NCBI GenBank assembly: GCA_977017575.1
Contig: CDRNVI010000040.1
Location: forward strand, 124,001 to 188,000
DNA: 64,000 nt
Reading direction: 5' to 3'
Origin: Paramoeba atlantica
Lineage: Eukaryota > Protista > Discosea
Shown here: positions 10,093-20,999 of the stretch, one piece after another
Layout of the letters: every line of letters begins with the position of its first letter
Numbering within the stretch: the stretch's first letter is position 1
Notes under the pieces: model-generated
Told to the model about the DNA's origin: nothing
The model's database searches: none
The model's input: only the letters and a program-made list of their open reading frames with translations
Program-made: the position numbers and the translations under genes

Positions 10093-10696
10093 AACTGTGT
10101 GAACGCTAGACCCTGTAATGGATAGGCCTGAAATGCACCCTGAAGATGATCCCCTAAGGGGAACTTCATACCGCTTTTCGGGTTGGGTACCGCTCATCTG
10201 CGGCTTGCAAATAACCCATTAAAACGGGGTTAGGGTCAGAATTCGGAGAGATAGGAGCCCTTTGAAGCCGAGGTTTAGCCCTTTGAAGCTGAGAAGCCAA
10301 GGCCACTCGGGGGTATAACACCCTAGAAGACTTGGTCCATTGAAGCTGAGGAGTCTAAACTGTTGAAGCTGAGACTCAACGCTCCCGAACTATGCCAGCA
10401 AGCAGTAATGGGCGGCTACTCCGGGGGAGGCCACTCTCGGTCCTGCGGAACACACTTATGTAGTCCTTGGATTTTGCATGCTGTCCTTGGATTTGAATGT
10501 CTCAACCTGAAAGGGTTAAGATAGTTTCAGCGGACAAGGTGGATGAAAATCCACCTTTGAGTAGTAGCCTCCCCCAAAGCTACCTCGGCTTACTCCGGGG
10601 AGGCAACATCCCGAATGGGATAGAAAGCCTAACAACATTCAACAACAATCTTCGTCAACGGTACCATTTGTGATGGAATTCGTGTTTTGAACCACC

Positions 10697-11385
10697 TACT
10701 ACCGCGTCTGGTACGGTTATTGTAACCAACAGGGGTGTCGTTCTCACCTTCTGTACCGCGTCTGGTGCTATTTATGCGACCCGTCAGGGGTGTCGCCCTA
10801 TTCTTCTGTACCGCGTCTGGTACTATTTGTGCGGCCCGTCACGGGTGTAGCCCTACTCTTCTGTACCGCATCTGGTACTATTCATGCGACCCGTCACGAG
10901 TGTCGTCCTGCTCTTCTGTATCGCGTCTGGTACTATTTATGCGACCGGTCAGGAGTGTCACCTTACTCTTCTGTACCGCGTCTGGTACTATTTATGCGAC
11001 CCGTTAGGGGTGTCGCCCTATTCTTCTGTACCGCGTCTGGTACTATTTATGCGACCCGTTAGGGGTGTCGCCCTATTCTTCTGTACCGCGTCTGGTGCTA
11101 TTTATGCGACCCGTCAGGGGTGTCGCCCTATTCTTCTGTACCGCGTCTGGTACTATTTGTGCGGCCCGTCACGGGTGTAGCCCTACTCTTCTGTACCGCA
11201 TCTGGTACTATTCATGCGACCCGTCACGAGTGTCGTCCTGCTCTTCTGTATCGCGTCTGGTACTATTTATGCGACCGGTCAGGAGTGTCGCCCTACTCTT
11301 CTGTACTGCGTCTCGTACTATTTATGAAACCGTCAGGGGTGTCGCCCTCTCCCTCTGTACCGCGTCTGGTACAATTTACGCGACT
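10697..11385. repeat. 55-bp minisatellite, about 13 units, with a 330-bp higher-order repeat
   Basis: Unit CTGTACCGCGTCTGGTACTATTTATGCGACCCGTCAGGGGTGTCGCCCTATTCTT; variants at 10751-10970 recur at 11081-11300. Confidence 0.97.
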
Positions 11386-11582
11386 GATCCCTTCTTGGTT
11401 CACCCAAAAGGGTGGTAAGCCGGAGCGCCACGTCAAGGCGAAGGATCGAGCTCCGGTGGAGAGACAAGAAGTGAGCGTCACGTGCGTGACGCCATACTTC
11501 CCGCTCACGTCTGTGGCCTCCTTTAACCCTGCTGGACCAAAACCACTTTCTGCGCCCCCCTCTTGTTTTCTGGAAAGGATTC

Positions 11583-11603
11583 ATGATGATGATGATGATG
11601 ATG
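11583..11603 (+). repeat. (ATG)7 microsatellite; possible RTE 3' tail
   Basis: Sequence seen directly; RTE elements typically end in short tandem repeats. Confidence 0.6.
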
Positions 11604-12339
11604 TATTGGGCCTTTTGACTCCGAAACGTTATGGCCCCTCAACTCCCCAAACGGGCAGTCCGAATACGTCTTTCGACGTATCCGGAGAGCCAGCCATAAC
11701 AAGCTACGGCTGACCTCCGCTTGGAGAGGAGTTAGGTTACAGCTAGGGAGGTGAGGTGCGCTATACCCCTGCACCTTAGGTAATGCAAATAAGGTGCCCC
11801 TTGACAAAAAAAACCACTCTATCTTTTGAGGGTGGATAAAAAAAACACCAAAAAAAAAGGTTACGGAAAGAATTGTGCAAGAGGTTTATAAGAGTGATAA
11901 CTGGCCCTGCGGGGCACATAATATTTCTTTATTATGACTTTCATAAGAATTTGAAGCGTTTGGAATTGAGTATACGTGTATCTATAGGAAACATTTTCAT
12001 TTCCAGTTTTAAAAATTTTTGCCCCACCCACCAACCCCCATAACCATTCCCCGCGTGGACCCGTTCGCCTAAGGAAGAAAACTTCGTTTGAACCACCAAG
12101 AAATCTCTTGGTGGTGGAGTTCAGGGTTGATATGTTGTATTGGTGATCTTGTTTTTATTGGCTACTTTACAGCAAGTATGCAGATTTTCTGAAAGGATTT
12201 ATGGCAAGAGAAAATCTGAGGAATGTAGTGTGCAAATGAGGGAAGTATATTTGTGATATTTTATAAAGCTTTCTATTGTTCTTTCTACTGTTTTATATGT
12301 TCCTCGAAGCGCAATTCAAACACATTCCAAAGATTATCC

Positions 12340-12410
12340 CGAATGGCACCCACCCTAGTTTCTTAGTACCTTGTTATATTCGGTACCGGGCGGTGCCACC
12401 CATTCTGCGT
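12340..12410 (-). repeat. Solo copy of the terminal bulged-hairpin unit
   Basis: Matches 7760-7820, including the flanking AAAGATTAT. Confidence 0.85.
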
Positions 12411-12438
12411 TGTCAGAATGACATCTACACGGCTTGGA

Positions 12439-12530
12439 GGTACGTTCGTCGAGTTCTCAACGAAAAACCTGATTTTCGTTGAGTACTCAACGAACCGTCG
12501 GATTTTCGTTGAGTACTCAACGAACGTACC
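12439..12530. repeat. Three 20-bp palindromes at 30-bp period
   Basis: TTCGTTGAGTACTCAACGAA at 12475 and 12505, variant at 12445; outer inverted repeat GGTACGTTCG/CGAACGTACC. Confidence 0.9.
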
Positions 12531-12714
12531 CTGTGAGGATTCATACCCAAACCTTCTTGGACTAGCTTTTCTATTTCGCTCCTTCCATCACCATTCCCCA
12601 CTGTGTCCTTGTGGGTCCCGGGCTTTGGACCGGTATATTATTGCCCTGCTTATACTATAAGCAGGGTTAAAGGAGGCCACAGACGTGAGCGGGAATTTTT
12701 ATAGTAGATACAGT

Positions 12715-13262
12715 GGCGCGTGAGAAAGTCAGTGACGGCAGTGTAGCTGCAGTGGCACGTGCGAGAGTAAGTGCACCGCCACGTGAGGAAGTGACTGCAG
12801 TAATGCAATGTGGCTGCAGTGGCACTCGAGAGAGTTAGTGTACTGCCACGGGAGGCAGTGACTGTATTGATGCAGTGCAGCTGCAGTGGCGCGTGAGAGA
12901 GTAATAGCACTGCCACGTGAGGAAGTGACTGCAGTGATGCAGTGCAGCTGCAGTGGCACGTGCGAGAGTAAGTGCACTACCACTGTAAGTACAGTGGTAC
13001 GTGAAAGAGTACTCTAAGGGTACTGCCACGTGAGGCAGTGAACGCAGTGTAGATGCAGTGGCACGTGAGAGAGTAAGTGTACTGCCACGTGAGGCAGTGA
13101 ACGCAGTGCAGATGCAGTGGCGCGTGAGAGAGTCAGTGACTGCAGTGTGAGAGTAAGTGCACTGCCACGTGAGGAAGTGACTGCAGTAATGCAATGTAGC
13201 TACAGTGGCAAGTGCGAGAGTAAGTGTACTGCCACGTGAGGCGGTGACTGTATTGATGCAGT
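12715..13262. repeat. Degenerate ~62-65-bp minisatellite
   Basis: Recurrent GCAGTGGCACGTG(C/A)GAGAGTAAGTG(C/T)ACTGCCACGTGAGG(A)AGTGA. Confidence 0.9.
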
Positions 13263-14073
13263 GTGTAGCTAGAGTGGAACGTGGGTGCAGGTGGCTGCAC
13301 ATGAAACACCCACATGAGAGACCGTGCGCCACCAGTGGCTGCACTGGTGTTCCATTTAGAGAGTGTTGTTACAGATCGCCATGTTATGGAAAGGTGGCCA
13401 GCTGGGAGATAACCCAGATTGAAAGGGGCGAGGGAGATACGAAGCAACAGGCGTGGCAGATTCCCACTGAAAAGAAATGGTATCTCCCCGCACCAAGTTC
13501 GTCTCCGAGCCAGCAAGCGCTAAGGCGTTTCTCGTGCGGGGAGATACTTTCTATAATCGAGGGTAGAGCGGTAGTTATACAACCACCGCAACAAGATAAC
13601 CAATAAAACATATCAACACTGAACTCCACCGCCAAGAGATTTCTCTCTTCCTTACGCGAACGCGGGGACCACCCTTTCGCCAGTCATTGTTCTGTCCCTT
13701 TAGCTCGTTGTTATATAGAATGCCCTAACCCGCCATCCACCTCTCTCTTTTTTTTTGTTTATTTCCCAAGGGCGAATATTTATTGACGACTTATCGGATC
13801 GGCAGGGTTCTTTTTGGTAGATACTTAATGTGGTTTAACTGCTATTTCCGTCTTTTTTAGAAAATTTAATAACTGTTTCAATTCAATGTTGATCCCAGGC
13901 GGCACACCGTTCCACATCTTAGAACGCACAAGCGCGACTTTTACCATCCTTGTGGAGGTATTCACTGAGTTGTGAATAAACCACCTCCCCATTGAGTTCC
14001 TGTAGCAGCAGCTGAAATTCGGCATAGATGCGCTTGCGCATCATCCCACATGCATCTGCCAGAGCAATCAGAG

Positions 14074-14373
14074 CATCCGGCTTATGTCGGATGATGGGAC
14101 TTCGCGATCCCAGCCTCCCGAGCTAACTCACCCGGCGTCAACATAACGAGACGCTAAAGGACTAGGGTGAGCGTACACTATCGCTTTCTGAAATTCCAGC
14201 ACCCGGCGTCAACAAAACGAGACGTTAAATAACTAGGGTGTTAGGAATATTTTTGTAAAGAGACTGCCCGGTGCCAACATAACAAGGCACTAAACAACTA
14301 GGGTAGCGGTCTTTCTCGTGGTGAACCACCCGGTGTCAAGATAACCAGACAACAGGCAACTAGGGTACGGTTC
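14074..14373 (+). ncRNA. Candidate structured RNA: two-hairpin leader plus four bulged-hairpin units with unique spacers
   Basis: Compensatory stem changes; G.U pairs favour the + strand; homolog at 7760-8010 (-). Confidence 0.5.
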
Positions 14374-14659
14374 ATCGGTGTTCTTAGTGCACGCCAATCA
14401 GTCGCTGACTCGATGACTTTTCTCGATCGGACTGAGCACAACAGACACCAAAGTAATCTTGGAAGGGGCGTACCAGCCTTCTCTGGTGAGGCCATATCCC
14501 TAGTTGGACAAACGGCCTGACAAATAGAAATAGAATGTTGATCCCATCTGACTTCGTTGATCTCTTCTTAATTGCTGCCAAACATGACCTATTACTGCGT
14601 TCGCAAAAATTTGTGATTTTTTTTTGCAGCTTTTGAAAGTGTTACACAATTTCAAAAGA

Positions 14660-15545
14660 AGTCACTCATGCTGCGTGCTTCGCGTTGAAAACTACCTCCG
14701 CGTTTAACGAAGGGCCTAAAAAAGAAAATTTGACCTGGAAAGCTGAAGAAAACTGAAGGATTTGCGCCAAAAGTAGCAGATTTTCGGGTAAAAATGGGGT
14801 GTTTTTCGCGTATTTTTGCTCTCAGAGCACTGAATCCGACATTATCACTCTTCGTAAACACGTTTGTTACCGGCCCCAAGCCCGGCACTGCCATATTAGG
14901 CGGAGTGTGAGGGTGAAGATTTCAACACAACTATAGCACGATTATGAACTTAAGAATATAACTGAACTACTTGTTTCTAGTATCCAGTAGAACTACTACA
15001 TTTAGCTCCATTTAACTAAACAATCTTACACGCCTGCAAATGTCACGCATCAATTCGCTTGGCCCCGGCCTGGCAATACTCCAGTCTCTGTAACGAGGAC
15101 CATGGGCTCCGTACCCTTCTGGGTACCACCGCCCCAGCATTCGTGCTGGGAGGCTCATGGGCTCCGTTTCCTTCGGGACACACTTGCCTTTTTTTGATCA
15201 AGCATTTAGGCTCTTCGTTAAACGCGGTGGATGTTTTCAACTTAGAAGTCACTCATGCTGCGCGCTTCGCGTTGAAAACTACCACCGCGTTTAACGAAGA
15301 TCCTAAAAAAGAAAATTTGGCCTAGACCCCCCCTGGACCCCCCCCCTGGACCCCCCCCTGGACACACCTCCTGGACCCCCCCTGGACCCCCCCTGGACCC
15401 CCCCTGGACCCCCCATTTTTTTCAATTTTTCAGTTTTAGACTGCCGGAGCCCCCTTTTATTTTTTTTTCTTCTATTATATTACTGTGTTCCTCTTTATAT
15501 TTTCACTGTTTTTGTTCACTTTTTTCAATAATCGAGGGTAAAGCG
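14660..15545. mobile_element. Dispersed repeat family A (non-autonomous DNA element) with ~110-bp hairpin module and (CCCCCCTGGA)n
   Basis: Segments recur at 16680-16830 (inverted), 18362-18470, 19060-19235, 50925-51140, 51460-51830, 56415-56470 and 13553-13590. Confidence 0.7.
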
Positions 15546-15963
15546 GTGTGGCGAGTAGCGGAGAAAAACTGACAAAATGGTAATCTCTCTCTAAAATATA
15601 CGTATTCGTTTCTTTTTGTCTCATTTCTTCACGCGCAAAGTCTTTGTGTTGAGATCAGCAAAATGCAACAAAAAACAGCCCAAACGGACACTTGGCTGAA
15701 AAGGATGCTTGGCTGGTGGGTGCCTTATTGGTGCGGAGGGGTTTGCTGGTACAACTGGGGGTTGCTTGTACAACCCCTCCGCACCAATAAGGCACCCACC
15801 CTTAACTTTTCAGCCAAGTGTCCGTTTGGGCTGTTTTTTGTTGCATTTTGCTGATCTCAACACAAAGACTTTGCGCGTGAAGAAATGAGACAAAAAGAAA
15901 CGAATACGTATATTTTAGAGAGAGATTACCATTTTGTCAGCTTTTCTCCGCTACTCGCCACAC
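15546..15963. mobile_element. Foldback/MITE-like near-perfect palindrome (~420 bp)
   Basis: About 155-bp outer inverted repeat plus inner inverted repeat GGGTGCCTTATTGGTGCGGAGGGGT. Confidence 0.9.
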
Positions 15964-16049
15964 AAGCTTTGAGGCGAGCATCGAAGCTCAAAACCGAATC
16001 ATCAATATAATCTTGAGGCAATTTACGCCAAGCTTTACGTACACTTTTT

Positions 16050-16350
16050 ATGGGGTCTTCTTTCTTTGCAGGATTGTATTCATCTACAAGATTTTGTACC
16101 ATGCTTCACACGCTTTCTATTGATGAGAGATCGGGGGAGCTAGGCGCCCAATTTTCAATAATTTCATTTTGCTGTCCTCAAGGTACGCTTTTGTCTCCTT
16201 GGAAATATGAGGTGTTGCCCCATCTTGCTGAAAAAAACAGTTTCGGGGGATTTTTTAATGTTTTAATGTACGAAACACATGTAATTGAGTTGGATGGAAT
16301 ACCAAGGTGTCTTTTGATTCTTTTTTTTTACTTCAGGGCCTTTTTTTACC
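16050..16350 (-). pseudogene. Tc1/mariner transposase relic
   Basis: Manual translation FFQQDGATPH and WAPSSPDLSSIE. Confidence 0.8.
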
Positions 16351-17481
16351 TCAGAGTATGATATTTTCAGGCGAATTGTTTTTCAAATATTTTCGAGTAT
16401 GTTTCACATTAACATTAAATTCGCGGGCTAGTTGCCTTATCGCAACCCCTTGATCAAGCCTCATGCGCAATAAAAATTTTCCACTTTCTTTAACACCACC
16501 CCTAGGGAGTCGCTACGTATTTCTTGGCGTGAAAAGTGAAAATTTTTCAAAAACAATTTCATCGTTTTTTTATTTTTCGAAGTGACTCAAAGTCAACGGG
16601 AACGTACAGATCTCAAAATTTTACACGATAAAGTGGTGCGATATCCCGCCTAGCCCCCCTCGTGCGAAAAATAAGGGTGGGTGACTTTTTGATGCGGAGG
16701 GGTTTATAATAGAAGAAAAATATATAAAAGGGGGCTCCGGTGATCCAAAGCTGAAAAATTCAAAAAAATGGGGGGCCCATGCGGGGGCGCCATGGGTGGG
16801 CATACATGTACGTCGCGAAATGTTTCATACATGTTCTTTTCTTTTTTGCCTCTACGTTGGTGCCCGCCAAGGAAACGAAGATGAGCGTGGTATCGCGCAC
16901 GGCATTCGACGTATCCCCGGGCAGGAGAAAGCCAATGATCCTCTTCACGTACACACGAAACGTCCTCGTTCTTTGGGTGATACTTTATCTTCCCACACCA
17001 CACCACACTCTTGCGGAAACAGTGCGTGAATTTAAATTAAAATTTCCATTTTTAAAAATGATGCATAATAAAAAGCTCACAAATTTTTATTTTCCTGTTT
17101 TTTTGTTACACAAATAATTGTGTTGAGTGTATGTAGTTATGTACAACCACTACAGTAGCAGATACCAAAAGAGTAAAAAAATGCGCCGCGAGCTGCGCAA
17201 ATTTTTCCCCTCACCTTTCTCCAAAATTCGCAACCCCCCTATTTAGAGGGTTGAAACCAGTCAAGTTTTGCCGGGTTTTGCATGGACACCTATTTTTTGG
17301 TGCGCCATTTAGTAGGAAAACACAAAAATTTTCATTTCTTTGGCGTTAAAAAATTCTGCGACGCACAATGGAGACCAAGTATGCTCTCCACTATTTTTGA
17401 CAAAGCACTTTTCTTCGCCACGTCAATGAGGACTACATTGCCTTTCATAGGTTTCAATTCTCTTAATATTAATTTTACTAG

Positions 17482-17654
17482 TACTATACCCGCCCTATCC
17501 TAGCGTTGCCTCAGTACCCCCCCTCATTAGCGTTGTTTTTTAGACTGTCTCTTCAAGACTCTCTTGCCGCGAAGTGGCGATTTTTTTTGACCCCCCCTCC
17601 TAGCGTTGCTTTTTCCCAAAACCAGGCAACGCTAGGATAGAGGGGGGGATAGTA
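17482..17654. mobile_element. MITE with TACTAT..C-run terminal inverted repeats
   Basis: TACTATACCCGCCCTATCCTAGCGTTGCCT paired with AGGCAACGCTAGGATAGAGGGGGGGATAGTA. Confidence 0.75.
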
Positions 17655-17899
17655 ATACTAAGCAGCAGAAGTTACACAAGAGTCTTTTTTTAGATACCCT
17701 TTTTAGCGTTTTTAGAACTTAGAGATACTTTTTGGAGTTTGTCACTACAGTTTTTAGACTTTTCGTTGGTATGGTAGTTGCTTTCACAAAGTCAAACCGA
17801 AAAAGAGAATGCGATGTACGACACAGTGTGGATTCAATAACCCATGAGCTTGAAGCGGAACTGCGCATGCACAGTGCGCCTTCAAGAAATAAAATGTGC

Positions 17900-18300
17900 A
17901 GTAAGCCCCCGCTTTTCATGAGAAAATGGGTCCCCTATGCATGTTTAACTGCAATATTTCTGATTTGGATGCCTGATAGATGGATATCTGCTATTTGTGC
18001 AAAGGGAAAGTCAGCCTACACGCAAGCTCAGTTCATGATTCATAGGGAATATTGGAGGTTTAGGCTGCCCCACCACGAGTTTGCAGCTTTGCTGAAAGAA
18101 ATTGAAGAGGAAATTCCAAAGGAAATGAGAATACCACATCCTGAATGTCCATTGTAAGTACGACTAATTGGTCCTCTTGGAAAATAGGCGTGCTCGCAAT
18201 TCTATTGTGCTCAAAGTTGAAAGGCCATTATAGAGATTTGTAGCTCATTCTAAAGGTAACAACTAGAGTTTTACTACTGCAGACTCCAACTGTAAAATTA
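17900..18300 (+). pseudogene. Possible PIF/Harbinger-type transposase N-terminal relic
   Basis: YWRFRLPHHEFAALLKEIEEEI...PL*VRL resembles the FRM..F..L...I / RL pattern. Confidence 0.3.
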
Positions 18301-18699
18301 TTACCACAAACTCCGCTTCATCTGCATGTTTATAATTTGTATACTCCTGCCATTAATAATAGTCGCTTCGTTAAACGCGGTGGTTGTTTTCAACATAGAA
18401 GCCATTCATGATGCGCGCTTAGCGTTGAAAACTACCTCCGCGTTTAACGAAGCGACTAAAAAAGAACAATCACCAAAACATCATGAAGAATCTATTCTTT
18501 GGGTGAATACGTTTTAGGAATCGATTTCGGAAAAATCTTGTTTTTACTTTTTTTTCGGTCAATTTTGTTTTGGGGGGTCACCCCAAAAATTTCGGAATTT
18601 TCGAACTTGTATCCTGATAAAAAACGCTTATCTAAAACTCACCGATCTCACCCACTCGTGCGCCGAGATACTTCCGCAGCTGGGAGAACATTACCACGC

Positions 18700-19484
18700 C
18701 GTTCAACTCCTGTAGCTGTAGGGCGAAATCCTGGACAACTTCCTCTCGTCTCAATCTGCATACATCGACAAGAGACTTGAGGAGGAGCTTCGTGTTGTTG
18801 TGGAGGGCTCCACCCGAAAGCAGGAATGCATACGAATTGTTCTTGTGAGATCAAGCCTGTGTTGACGTAGGCTTTCGTTTTACGACTGATTGCATCCTTC
18901 ATAAGGCGCATCCCCGTTTTACCTAGATTTGAGGACGACATTTTGTGAATTACAGTGAAGTCATAGTATACATGTATATCACCAGCTGGCCAATGGATTA
19001 CTATGTCCGGCCCTGAACGCATGAAAGAGCCGGTTCCACATGTGCGTTGGTGTGCTTGTCGGACCCCTCCTGCGCGTACCGGGGGGGGGGTCACCCCCAG
19101 GTGGTGGGAGGGGTGGAAAATTATCGCCGCGGCATACTCTACCACTTCCCAGCGCTCGATTTTAAAAAAAACATTTCGCGACGTACATGTATGCCCCCCC
19201 TGGACCCCCACCCCCTGGACCCCCCGTGGACTTGTCGAGCCCGATACGCGCTGGAGTTTCCTCTTCTGCCCTCGAAATGTCAGCTCACTCTTACCCAGGT
19301 AAGGCAACTCTGACCGATTTGCGGGGCATACTGAGCTTTTGTGGGCATCAATTATCCCACAAATGTTTTCTTCATACTTCCTTACTAAAAGTATGCGGTG
19401 AGTGACTTTAAGCTGTCCTCGAGCACTGTAACAATGCTGGTCACGGTGCTGTGCACCCTCGTTATTGGAATACCAGTAACGCAT
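18700..19484 (-). pseudogene. Restriction-like endonuclease (RLE) C-terminus of a non-LTR retrotransposon, interrupted by family-A repeat
   Basis: GPDIVIHW...YYDFTVIH (PD..D motif); repeat insertion at about 19060-19235. Confidence 0.6.
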
Positions 19485-19884
19485 TTTCTAACAATAACAT
19501 TTATTAACAAAGTTCGCTTGAAAACATTAATTACTTTGTTAATTTATGCTTTGTTAAATAAGCGTTGTTAATTTTAGTTTCTAGTATGTAAGAAAATGTT
19601 TTGTGAGATTTTTTTACGCGGAATCTCGATATGTAACTTTGTTCAGCCCAGTGAAATAAACTACGCTCCATAAATAAAGGTGTCAAACAAGAGGATGCCC
19701 AACACAAGTATCACTGTAAATGAAAAATGGGGTTTACAAGATTCGTTAAGCCCAACAAACTGAAACTCTTGAAAAGCGTAAAAATAAAGACTAGCCAAAA
19801 CCATCAAAATAGATCGAAATTAGAATCAAGAAAACACAATCAATATCAGAAAGACGCGATTTTAGCATAAAGCACTTTAGCCCA

Positions 19885-20502
19885 TTACGTACAGCCCTTT
19901 TTTGTAGCATTTTCTGGCGATGCAATTCTTTTTTCAATTTGGGCAAGAAGTACTCGGGGTTGCGCTCGCGCACCGGGCGTCCAACCGGACCGGGGCCTAA
20001 AATGAATACTCCCCAATGGAACCCAGTGGTTCAAATGGGGGGGTATGGCGTTCTGGTGATTTAAACTGTAAGGCACCCACTTGGGCTCCAATATTTCTTT
20101 ACGGTAATAAATACTTCCAAGTTTCAATTGATCAGGGACAACTTCTCGCTTTCTTGCCGGAAGCAGGCGACGGATAGAGTCACGCGAATAAAACTCGGGA
20201 AAATGAAACAGTATGTTCCCTTCATTATCAATAGATCCCCATAACATCACTCTAATGGGGTGGTGAGTTCTACTCATTGCGACCCCGTCCGTAGGACTTT
20301 GCCAACTCTTTCGTGCTGTGTCTCCTGCCTGAGAATACGTCTCGTCCGAAAACACTAAGTTCGGCCACATTGACTTGTGGACAACCGCATCTTCGCTTAA
20401 AAGACAAGAACTGAAGTGGACACGAGCTTCGCGCTTTTTAAGAGATAGCTGCAAGGTTCTTTCTTTCGTAGAATACGAGTAATTAAAATGATAATACAGC
20501 AT
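19885..20502 (-). pseudogene. Tc1/mariner-like transposase relic
   Basis: LVFSDETY and RVMLWGSI. Confidence 0.7.
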
Positions 20503-20999
20503 CTGCTTTCGTGTACTTGTTCGAAAGAAGACGAGAACATGTTCCGCTTGCTATGGTAAACATGAAGCAAAGGTCCACTTGTCGAAACATACCTGTTTCA
20601 TACGAAACAACCTTTCATCAAATACAGGTTTGATTCGCTAATAGCTCCTTTTGTTTTTTTGAAACGTTTCAGTAGGCGGCATCGTTGATTGCCGCGCTTT
20701 TTCGGACGCCCTCGTTGTCCGACTTTTTCTCCGGCACTTTTTTTTATGAAATCACTCTGCAGGTTTTATAAAAGTTTAATATTTTCATTTCTCTCCTTCA
20801 AGAATTCGTCGCAACGAAGACTCAACATTCCACATTTGCCTTTCACTTCTTCAAATTCCTTTTCAAATGTTGGATGCTCGTATTGCTATCTCTCGCGTTG
20901 AGGCTTGTAGTTCTTCCTTTTCAGCGATATTTGCCGAATCGAATGCCTCCAGCTTACGAAGCTTTCGATTGCATTTTCGAAGGTCAGTCCTCGTTTTTA

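Noticed and set aside
10125-10175. Hammerhead ribozyme at CTGAAGA
   Set aside because: No GAAA after stem II and no matching stems.
10555-10635. Complete HDV-like ribozyme
   Set aside because: A P3/L3-like AGC-TACCTCG-GCT is present, but P1, P2 and the catalytic C in J4/2 could not be fitted.
10735-11713. Overlapping ORFs across the 55-bp array
   Set aside because: Artefacts of a non-triplet repeat.
11754-11813. Alternative hairpins followed by an A-run
   Set aside because: Short, mutually exclusive stems in a single copy, with no support.
12650-13635. His/Cys-rich ORFs
   Set aside because: Translations of the minisatellite.
14127-14373. CRISPR array
   Set aside because: It has a repeat-spacer layout, but the repeats are degenerate and covarying, there are no cas genes, and the context is eukaryotic.
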